Notes under the pieces: generated by a model
Databases searched by the model: none
The model's input: only the letters and a program-made list of their open reading frames with translations
Told to the model about the DNA's origin: nothing
Made by a program: the position numbers and the translations under genes
Virus record (IMG/VR): IMGVR_UViG_3300032277_000022
Location: 1 to 39,679 of that record
DNA from: a virus
Lineage: Duplodnaviria; Caudoviricetes
DNA length: 39,679 bases
Reading direction: 5' to 3' (one strand)
Shown: one piece after another, positions 7,325 through 16,500 of the stretch
How positions within the stretch are numbered: position 1 is the first letter of the stretch
Layout: each line of letters begins with the position of its first letter

Positions 7325-7478
7325 CGTAGCCTCCCGGCGGGCCTCGGACGAGCCAGTGGCGTGCTGGGTGCCGTCCGCGCCGCGGGGCTCTCACTCACTA
7401 GGGGCTCACCGCGGGGTGTTGTCACCGGACGTTCACGCGCTCGGGCGGTCGTCGCTCTCTCGTAGCCTCCCGGCGGGC
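7325..7478. repeat. Perfect 18-bp direct repeat (7325-7342, 7461-7478)
   Basis: CGTAGCCTCCCGGCGGGC twice, 136 bp apart, in a stretch lacking a convincing ORF. Confidence 0.9.
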
Positions 7479-7783
7479 TTTGAGACTGGACATCGCCGTG
7501 CTGTGGGAGCCACCCGGTGCTCGCTGGTCGCGGGGGGCGTCGGTCGTCCCCTGGTGGTAGAAGAAGGCGCGCATGCGCTACGGCAGACGCGCCAACCTCC
7601 CTGCGTGCCCGAGCCCGCTGTTGTCCCTGGCCCGCAGAAGCGGGCTGCGGTGAAAGATGCGCCCACCAGCCTCTCGGTGTGAACCCCCGTTCGGTGGGAA
7701 GCCCCGCCTCTGGATGGGCTTTCCGGTCTGGACGATCCGCCCGCCTTCCCAACGGTAAGGCCGATGTGGCGAGATTCGCCTGC

Positions 7784-7814
7784 ACGCGGGCCTGCTAATT
7801 CGGCAGGCCCGCGT
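7784..7814. promoter_or_regulatory. Perfect 12-bp inverted repeat just downstream of the LexA-like gene (terminator, attenuator or binding site)
   Basis: ACGCGGGCCTGC-taattcg-GCAGGCCCGCGT; no U-tract on the minus strand. Confidence 0.6.
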
Positions 7815-7825
7815 AAGCCGCGGCG

Positions 7826-8086
7826 TCAGGCGGACCTAGCGCCACACCACGGGCAGACTTTGACATCGCACGGCCAAACCTGCACCGACTGGCTCGAGCG
7901 GCGCGTGTAGACGTATCCCTTTTCCTGCAGCTTGCTTACGTGCTCCGAGACCGTCTTCGCGCTGCGGCGCATCCGCCGGGCGATATCGGACAGGCACGGC
8001 AGCGGGTCTTCGGTTTTGGCGCGCGACATCATCGCGCGGCGGAGGTGGCGCATCACCTGTTTCTGTTTCGGGGTGAGATCTTCCAT
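7826..8086 (-). CDS. LexA-like winged-helix DNA-binding protein lacking the peptidase domain (86 aa)
   Basis: LTPKQKQV...PCLSDIARRM..SAKTVSEHVSKLQEKGYV matches LexA N-terminal domain spacing; ends with CPWC. Confidence 0.8.
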   Translation of the reverse strand: MEDLTPKQKQVMRHLRRAMMSRAKTEDPLPCLSDIARRMRRSAKTVSEHVSKLQEKGYVYTRRSSQSVQVWPCDVKVCPWCGARSA

Positions 8087-8163
8087 GCGAATAGCCTACC
8101 CCACAGCCGGGGGGTGGAGTACGTTCGGGGTGTTCGATTTCCCACGGACCACAGGAGGAACCC
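8087..8163. promoter_or_regulatory. Divergent promoter/control interval
   Basis: 77-bp gap between oppositely oriented genes, with AGGAGG RBS at 8153-8158; promoter elements not confidently identified. Confidence 0.6.
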
Positions 8164-8658
8164 GTGACTCAGAACCCGTTCGGAGAAGCCCTCGCCAAGC
8201 GTGACGAGGCCAACTACCACCGAGGCTTCGAGGCTGGCTACCAGGCCGGGCTCGCCGCCGCCGTCGATGCGCTGAACGACGCGCCGACCCCCACCAGCGC
8301 AGCGCCCGAGCCGAAGCCCGAGCCTGCGAAGACGACGCCCGCTCGCAGATCGAGCAGGAAGGACGCCCAGGTCGTGAAGCGCGGCTACCTGCGCATCAGC
8401 GGACGCCCCACCCGGATGGCGATCCTTGAAGCGATCGACCTGCTCGGGCCGCGCGCATCAGGACACGACGTCGAGGAGCTGTCCGAGGTGAAGTACGACA
8501 CCGTGATGGGGGCCGTCGCCGTCATGCGCGGCAAGGGATGGCTGACCGGCAAGTGGCGCGACATGACCGTCACGCCCGCCGGGATCCGACAGCTCGACGC
8601 CTGGCGCGCACGCCCCACCCAGAACAGCATCAAGCAGGAGGCCACCGATGCACTTTGA
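8164..8658 (+). CDS. Putative DNA-binding protein with C-terminal winged helix (164 aa)
   Basis: GTG start behind AGGAGG; Pro/Ala linker; RMAILEAI...GHDVEELS..KYDTVMGAVAVMRGKGWL...VTPAG wHTH pattern. Confidence 0.75.
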   Translation: MTQNPFGEALAKRDEANYHRGFEAGYQAGLAAAVDALNDAPTPTSAAPEPKPEPAKTTPARRSSRKDAQVVKRGYLRISGRPTRMAILEAIDLLGPRASGHDVEELSEVKYDTVMGAVAVMRGKGWLTGKWRDMTVTPAGIRQLDAWRARPTQNSIKQEATDAL

Positions 8659-9526
8659 GCCCACCCCCGGAGCCGTCTACGACGGACTCGACGCCGAGAC
8701 CTACCACGGCAGCTCGGGACTCAGTTCCAGCCAGCTCAAGAAGGTGTACCAGTGGTCGCCGCACCACTTCAAGCACGCCCCACCGATGGGCGACACCGAA
8801 GCCCTCAAGGATGGCAGGCTCCTGCACTCGATGGTGCTCGAGCCGGACACGGTGGACGACCTCTACGCCTTCCCTGCGGACTGGACCGAGAAGAAGCCCA
8901 ACGGGAACAAGAAGGTCGAGAACTACACCGACGAGGAGAAGGCCTACGTGCAGCGCCTGGCCGCCGCCGAGCGCAAGACCGTGATCAAGGACTCCCGGCT
9001 GCACCACCAGCGGATTGCGGACGCGATCCGCGCGCACCCGCTCTGGGAGAAGATGCAAGGGCCTGAGCCCATCGTGGAGCGCAGCTACTGGTGGGTGGAC
9101 GAGAAGACCGGCCTGCTGCTGAAGTTCCGCGCCGACTCGATGAACACGCTGACCTGGTTCGACGGGAAGCGCGCCCTCATCGTAGACCTCAAGGGTGCCC
9201 GCGACCCGCGACCGTTCGCGTTCTCGAAGCAGAGCCACGATCTCGGCTACGACTTCAGCGCCGCCATGTACTGCGAGGGCGCGCGCCAGATGCTCGGCAA
9301 GCCGGTGGACTTCTGCTGGTTCGCCTTCCAGAAGGAGGCACCCTACGGGGTGACGATCGCATTCCCCGGCGACAAGATGCGCGACCGCGGAACTAGGCTG
9401 TTCAGACACTGCGTTGACACGGTCGCCCGATGCGAGAAGTCCGGCCACTGGCCCGGCATCGGCAACGGTCGCCCCGTGATCATCGACCCCCCCGCTTACG
9501 CATCGCTGCCGAAGGAGGAAGCCTGA
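8648..9526 (+). CDS. recE: RecE/exonuclease VIII-like PD-(D/E)xK exonuclease (DUF3799 type)
   Basis: YH..GLSSSQLK, GRLLHSMVLEP, ERSYWW.D..TGLLLKFRAD, IVDLK, GY...AAMY; adjacent to RecT. Confidence 0.88.
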   Translation: MHFEPTPGAVYDGLDAETYHGSSGLSSSQLKKVYQWSPHHFKHAPPMGDTEALKDGRLLHSMVLEPDTVDDLYAFPADWTEKKPNGNKKVENYTDEEKAYVQRLAAAERKTVIKDSRLHHQRIADAIRAHPLWEKMQGPEPIVERSYWWVDEKTGLLLKFRADSMNTLTWFDGKRALIVDLKGARDPRPFAFSKQSHDLGYDFSAAMYCEGARQMLGKPVDFCWFAFQKEAPYGVTIAFPGDKMRDRGTRLFRHCVDTVARCEKSGHWPGIGNGRPVIIDPPAYASLPKEEA

Positions 9527-10518
9527 TGTCCCAGACCGACACCGCCGTATTGCCCATCGCCCACTTTCTGGGGCTCGCCCCGAACATGCGCAAGATCGAG
9601 CAGTCGCTCGGCGGCGCGCTGAAGGTCGAGCGGTTCATGCAGCTGGCGATGAACACCATCCGCCGCACGGACAAGCTGCTGGAATGCACCCCCGAGTCGG
9701 TGCTCGCCAGCCTGACGCAAGCCGCGGAGCTGCAGCTCTACCCCGGCAACAACCTCGGCCACGCCTACCTCGTCCCCTTCTGGGACAAGAAGGCGGGCGC
9801 GCAACAGTGCACCTACATCCTCGGCTACAAGGGGATGGTCGCGCTCTGCCACCGGAGCCCGAACGTGCTGAAAGTCGAGGCGCACCTGGTGTACGAGGGC
9901 GACAAGTTCTCCTGCGCGCACGGCGACGGCGAGCACCTCGTCCACGAACCCGACTACTTCGGGGACCGCGACACGATGCTCGGGGCCTACGCGCAGGCGA
10001 CCCTCGCCAACGGCACCAAGATCACGAAGGTGCTCAACATGAAGGAGCTGGAGGCCGCGAAGCGCCGCTCGAAGGCCTCGAGCTACGGCCCCTGGGTGAC
10101 CGACTTCGGGGCCATGTGCATGAAGACCGCCGTCCGACGCCTGGCCCCCTGGCTCCCCCTGGAGCCCTCGGACCAGGTGGCCGTGGCCGAGGATATGGAG
10201 AAGGAGTACGGGGACGCCGTCGAGGAGCCCCGCGAGGTGGCCGCCGAGGACGTCTCCCCCGAAGACCTCATCTCCGAGCTGGCCGGGGACGTGGTGGACA
10301 TGATCAACGAGGAGCCCGAGCAGACCCCACGCTGCACCGAGGAACAGCGGAACCGCCTCCTCGACTGGCTCCAATCAGAACATGTGGACCCGCACGCGCT
10401 GCGGAGCTACATGCGCGACTGCTTCGGGGAAGCCGAGATCGAGTCACTCTCGGAGGAGCAGGCGCAGGAGGTGTTGAACGGGGTGGAGTCGGGGGACTTC
10501 GCACCGGCAACGGAATAG
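9526..10518 (+). CDS. recT: RecT single-strand annealing protein (330 aa)
   Basis: Start at ATG 9526 (TGATG overlap, AAGGAGG RBS); LLECTPESVL, LGHAYLVPF, LGYKGMV.L, VYEGDKF, GPWVTDF.AM..KTAVRRL. Confidence 0.95.
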   Translation: MSQTDTAVLPIAHFLGLAPNMRKIEQSLGGALKVERFMQLAMNTIRRTDKLLECTPESVLASLTQAAELQLYPGNNLGHAYLVPFWDKKAGAQQCTYILGYKGMVALCHRSPNVLKVEAHLVYEGDKFSCAHGDGEHLVHEPDYFGDRDTMLGAYAQATLANGTKITKVLNMKELEAAKRRSKASSYGPWVTDFGAMCMKTAVRRLAPWLPLEPSDQVAVAEDMEKEYGDAVEEPREVAAEDVSPEDLISELAGDVVDMINEEPEQTPRCTEEQRNRLLDWLQSEHVDPHALRSYMRDCFGEAEIESLSEEQAQEVLNGVESGDFAPATE

Positions 10519-10541
10519 CCTAGTATTCAATCCTCCTCCTG

Positions 10542-10587
10542 GGTGGGGGGTCGGGCGCAGTCATGCCGCTCGGCCCTCCGCCTTTTT
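10542..10587 (+). terminator. Rho-independent terminator of the recE-recT operon
   Basis: 16-bp stem with G-U pairs (GGTGGGGGGTCGGGCG / CGCTCGGCCCTCCGCC) followed by TTTTT, at the convergence with the giant gene. Confidence 0.8.
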
Positions 10588-13500
10588 ACATGGCCCCCGT
10601 GAGCTTCCGGTAGCGCTTGGCGAACGCCATCTGCAGCCGGTCGATCTCCGTGTCGATCTTCCGGCCCGCCGCCGGGTCATCCAGAGCCTTCTTGCGGCTC
10701 CGCAGCTGGCGCAGGCGGGCCTCGGTCTTCTTGAGGACCGGAGCCAGGGTCAGGAGCGGCCTGTCGCTCACGCGCAGCTCCTTCACGCGCTGGCCGTCGC
10801 GCCGCTCGCGGGCGTCGTCCAGGCGGTCCACAGCGCGCCTCACGCGAGACCGCTGCTGGTAGTACCGCTCCCGGTCGAAGCGGTCGTCGTGCTCGCCCAC
10901 CAGGCGGCGCACCAGGGGCCAGTCGAACAGCTTCGTCTCGCGGCCCTCCTGGTTCGCGTCGAACAGCCGCTTGATCCGGTTCGCCTGGCGGCCAGGGCCA
11001 CCCGTCAGGAACTCGAAGGCGTGCTCGAGCGTCTCCGGGGAGACGTCCACCTTGCCCGGCGTCACCGCGTCCCCGCCGGTGATCTCGTTCATCCAGGTCG
11101 CCAGGTGCTTCCACTGAGCACCCACCGAGCCCCAGTACCGGCTGGAGTCCGGGGGCGGCGGGTCGCCGTAGGCCGTGGGCATGACCGGGGCACCCGTGAA
11201 CGTCTTGTTTTCGCCCACCTGCGCGATCGGGTCGAGGAGCGTCGGGGTCACCGTCTGCAGCAGCGTGGCCTCGGAGCCCAGCGGGTAGAAGGACTCCCAC
11301 GCCACCGCGAGCAGATCCTCCGCCGCGTCCACCTTGCTCTTTCCGCCCACCATCACCGACGCAGCCTGCTGGCCGATGCCGTGGAAGATGTTGTACCCGT
11401 AGGGAAGCGGGATCTGGATGCGGTCGCCGGACCCGGAGGGGTCCATGATGATCAGGTTGCGCGACTTCACCCACTCGGGGATCTTGTCGTAGAACGGCAC
11501 GCCGTCCTCGTCGTCGCCACCGTTCGCGCGGTTCCACAGGTCCAGCATGAACGTGGCCGCCACGATCCCCGCCGCCGTCCGCTGCACGCCGGGGTGCTTC
11601 ATCGCGGACAGCAGGCGCATCGTGCCCTGCACGCTCGCGTTGTAGAACATGTACAGCGCGTTGAACAACTGGTCCTCGCCCCGCCGGTTGAAGTTCACCG
11701 TCAGGTTCTTCGACAGGTTCGCAGCCTCGATCGGGGTCGCGCCGTTGTCCCGAGCAGCGGCGTAGGCGGCCAGGCGCACGTTGTTCTCCACCGCCTGGTT
11801 CGCGTGCTCGACCCAGTCCTTCGCCTGCATCAGGACGCGCTCCGCCTGCTGCAGCGGGGAGTTGCCCAGCCTCCGGGCCTCGCGCTGGATCGCGCGCACC
11901 TGGCCCTCGAAGTCCGGCATCGTCCAGAAGCCCACCGTGCCCCCGTTCTCCTCCATCTCCTTGAACCAGTCGTCCCACTCGTTCTCGCGCGCCTTGCCGC
12001 GGAGGCCGCGCCACACCGCGCGACCGGGCTGGCCGAAGATCGCGTCCTTCATCACGCGGGCAGCCATCGCCCCCGACTCCTCGCCGCTCAGGTTGATCCC
12101 GGCGGTCTGCAGGTCGCGGAAGAAGTTCGAGAGCATGAAGCCCGGATCGAGGCTGGTGTTCAGCGAGGCGATCATGCGCATGACCGAACCCGCCGCGCGC
12201 AGCGCCGCGGGCGTGCTCTCCTGGCCCAGGTTCCGCAGCGAGGCCAGGAGCCTCGGGTCGGTGACCCGGATGTAGTGCTGGCGGCCCTTCACCTTCAGGC
12301 TGAACTCGTCCTCCGCGGCGCGGGGCTCCGAGGGCAGCAGCTCACCGTTCGTGTCCTCCTCCGTCGCCCCCTCATCGCGGACGCGGAACGACTTCAGGAG
12401 GTCCGCGTGCTCCTTGATCAGCGCCAGGAAGCTCTGTCCCACCCGGTTCTTCTCCGACCGGATGATCGCCTTCTGCGCGTCGAGTAGCGCCCAGGTCAGG
12501 GGCGAGTGCGCCAGCGTGCCGCGCCCCTTCGCCTCCTTCGCCTCCGCGCCGCTCACGTTCATGCCCGAGCCGGTGCCGTACCCAGCGCCCTCGAACAGCG
12601 TCCGCAGCGGCACGTAGTGCTGGTACTGCGCGTCCCACGCGGCGCGGGTCTTCTCGCTGATCAGCCCGCCCTCGACCATCGTGTCGCGGGTCTCCGCCGT
12701 CATCGCGCGCACCAGCTCCGCCGCCTGCTTGTACTGCTCGTACCCCTTGCGCTTCCGCACGCGGTCGAGGATCTGTCGCCGCATCTGCGCGGGCATACCC
12801 GAGCCGCCGACCTCGGCGTCCTCGAACCGCTCGGGGAACTTCTCAAGCAGGTGCTCGTCGCGCTCCTTCGCGTGCAGCGCGTACAGGTACTCTGCCAGTT
12901 GCTCGTCGGTGATGTCGCCATCCGACATCAGCTTCGCCAGGCGGTCGAGGTAGCGCTTCTTCCACTTCCGCAGCCGCGAGGTGGTCTTCCCGCTGAAGCG
13001 GTCCATCGCCAGGTACAGCGAGTCGTCGGGGGACAGCACCCCGCCAGCCGCGCGCAGCGCCTCCTCGAGCCTGCGCACGCGCAGATCCTTGTCCTGGAAC
13101 CGGCGGCGCAGCGCGTCCACCAGCCCCTCGCCGCCCATGTCGAAGCCGCGCAGCTCCATGTGCCGCTGGGCCGGGGGCACCGAGAACAGCGGTTGCCCCT
13201 TCTCCAGAACGCTGGCCTTCATCTCCTCCGTAATCGGCATCGAGTGGACCGCCTTGAATCGCTCGATTTCGCCATTCTCGTACTCCTTCAGCTCGGCCTC
13301 CAGTCTCTCGATCTCCTCCCCGGCGAGCTTTGCTTCCATCTCCGCCTGCTCGATTTTCTCCTGGTGCGCGGCCTTGCGCCTCTCGACCACCCCGGGCGCG
13401 TACTCCTCGATCGGGGCGTTGAACATCGCGGGCCTAGTTGGGTGCGTCAGGGGGAGTCGCTTGAGATCCTTCACTCTCTCAAGAGCCACTCTGCGGTCCC

Positions 13501-16500
13501 TCTCAAACCCACGGATATCCCGCTGCAGGGAGTCGGGAGCGGACTCGGGGCCAGCACCGATCTCCTTCGACCGCACCGCGCTGCCGAACTTCTTGCCGAG
13601 CTTCTTGGCCGTGTCCACCAGACGCTTGTCGTAGAAGGCCCGCATGCCCTTCCCGCCAACGGCGATGTCGTCGCCCTTGACCATGCCGTCTTCCGCCGCG
13701 GCGATCTTCTCGGCCATCTCCCTGCCGAGGTAGTCCGCGATCGTCTTCGAGGGGTCGTCCATCTGCTTGCCCTCCACGTCGAATCGCTCGTGCCAGGTGA
13801 CCAGGCCGTCCTTCATCCCGACGACCGTGACCATTCCCTCCTGGGAGACCCCACTAGACGACTTGGCGAGCATCTCCTTGGTGATGCGGTGCGCCATCAT
13901 GGCGCTGGTCGCCTCGACGGTCATCACGCGCTCGCCGTTGACCATCACATCGAAGTCGCGGAGGCCAGAGCGCCCGGCCTCGTCCTGGAACGACGAGGCC
14001 CCACCCTCCTCCAGCCGGTACGGCTTGTTCACGTAGCTCGTGTCCCAGGTGATCTTGTCCACGACGCGCCGCGTGGCGCCCTGGTAGCGCGCGATCTGGA
14101 TCACGCCGGTGGACCACGACAGCTCGTCGTGCCCGCCCTCCGCCGCCATGCGGATCATCCGACGCATCACCATCGTGGGCCAGGAGGTCTTGAACGGGGC
14201 GTCCGGCACGCCGCTGGTCTCCGCCTGAACGAGATCGCTGTGGGCGTCAGACGCCTTCTTTCCCGCCGCCTTGGCCTTGACGGTGAGAGCCTTCAGCTTC
14301 TCGCCAAGGATCGCCTCCTCCGCCTCGTTCAGAGTGTCGTTCTCGACCTTCCACTTCACCTCGTCCCGCGCCGCCTGCGCCGCCTCGTAGGCGGACCAGG
14401 TGCTGCGCTCCGCCTGCTTCATGCGGTCCAGCGCGGGGCCGGGCATCAGTCGGTAGCCACGATCGCGCCCGGACTGGTGCCAGTCGGATTGGATCTCATC
14501 GATGTACAGCGCCCTCTTGCCGTCTGCGGTCAGCCGGTCGCTGACGCGAGCGTGGGCCACGATGTCCTCCTCCGACCAGTGGCCGCCGCGGAACCTCGGC
14601 TTGTGCACGCCGAAGTCGCCGTCGTTCCAGATCGAGACCTCCGTGGCGAACCATTCGAGCCACGCGGCCTTGTCCTCGTAGCTGCTCGAACCGCCGTACA
14701 GGTCTTCGGCCAGCTTGAGCACGGCATCGTGCACTTCCTCGGTGGCGATCACGCCATAAGGGCGTCCGTCGAACCAGTTCTGGACCCTGTGCAGAAGCAG
14801 GCGCTGGTCCTCCTTGCTCGGGAGGGGGTGCTTGATTCGGATCCCCCCATCGGCAAGCGCCTCGGTCGGGATGGCAATCGTGGCGCTATCTTCGTGGTTC
14901 TCGGTCGCCCCCCAGGCCATGCGCTGCAGGTCATCCATAGAGGGACGGGCCGGTTTCGTATCCTCGTCCGGGAGCTGCAGCAGAATCTCCCGGTAGTTGC
15001 TCCCCCCTGCGAGGGAGAGGGTCTCGTCCCCGTACCGGACCCGCCTGTTCGGGCCGGTGGGGACGTCCGCCTGGTCCGGTAGAAGCTCGAGGATCGTGTC
15101 CTCGGACTGAGCGTTCGCCCAGGCCAGCGTCTTGTCCTCGCCCGCGCGAATGGCCTCCTCCTGCGTCTCGTAGAAGATGGGCTCGGGCATCCACGCCAGA
15201 TCCAGTTCGTAGCCCTTGCCCATCGTGTACGAGATGCTGCCGGGCACGTCCGACTTGAACTCTTCGTAGAGCGCTTCGCGCATCGCGACCAGCCTCTCGT
15301 CAACCCCGGAGTCCGGCAGATCCACGCCGTCGACCTCGAGCTGCGTGGCGAGCTGCGCGTCCGACAACCCGCCGTAGAAGTTCAACATGTAGTCACGAAG
15401 GTCGTCCTCCGCGTCCTCCTCGTCTTCGAAGTACTGCTGGGCCGTTTCCCCGTTCCAATCCCATGTCCACCCTTCAGGCTCGTCGTGCGTGACGTCCTGA
15501 GAGTTGTTCATCATGTGATCCACCAGGGCGTTGATCGCTCCCCAGCGATCTTGCGCCACGCGTGCTGCGCTGATCGGCTGGTCGCCAGAGACCAGCTCGT
15601 TGATGATCAGGCGCGAGTTCTGGATGAACTCCAGAAGCTCCTCGCGGTCGATCTTCTCGCCCTTCGGCTTCGCGGCGAGCCAAGGCTCCAGGCCCATCCA
15701 GTCCAGCTCCTCCTGCTTCGCCCCGCCCTTGATGAGCCGCGGGATCACCTGCGCCGGTAGGAACCGCTTCTGCTCCACGGAGTGCAGGGCGCTCTCGACC
15801 GTCGAGTAGAACCCGAGCTGGTCCACGATCGGGACGCTGTACAGGGTGCCCTCGTCCCACTCACGAAGGGCGCGCTCCTCCGCGCTCTCCGTGTCGTCGC
15901 GCCGCTTGCGCGCGACCGGAACCTTGGCGGCCTTCCGCTCGAGCTGAACGGCCCGGGTCTCCTCACCAGCCTGGCGGGCAAGGTCAGCCCTCGCGCGCAG
16001 GCGGTTCGATCGCTGACGCAGACGCTTGGTCTGCGCCCCGGTCAGCGCGGACTCTGCTTCTCGCTCTCGTCGGTCGGGACGTTGAGCACGTCCATCATCC
16101 GCTTGCGATCCCCCTCCAGCCCGTCGCGTTCTTTCCCGACGAACCCGGCCCAGAACGTCTCGCTCTGCGCCTGCTTCTGCAGGTCGTCCGGCAGGTTGTC
16201 CCACATCGCGCCCGCGCTCATCGCGAGCAGCGCCACTTCTGCTTCGTCCATGAATGACTCCCAGCACCTCGGGCTGCTTCTTCGCGCCACGGTTCCAGGT
16301 GCTGACGGTCATGTTACCTCCGAAGGCGTCCCGAAGTGCGTCCTTCACGCCCTGGGTGCCCTTGTTGTGGTAGATGACCGTGTTCCCGGGCAGCATCTGC
16401 GCACCGACCTCGGCATTCAGCTGCAGGAAGTCGGCCCCCGCGAAGGCGTAGTCCTTCCCACCCGCGCTGTAGGTGCCCGCCGTGGTCTCGTGGTACGGCG

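Noticed and set aside
8120-8181. GTTC-N5-GTTC and paired GAACCCGT as an SOS-type operator
   Set aside because: Spacing matches no LexA box I know and the motifs are too short to be significant without binding data.
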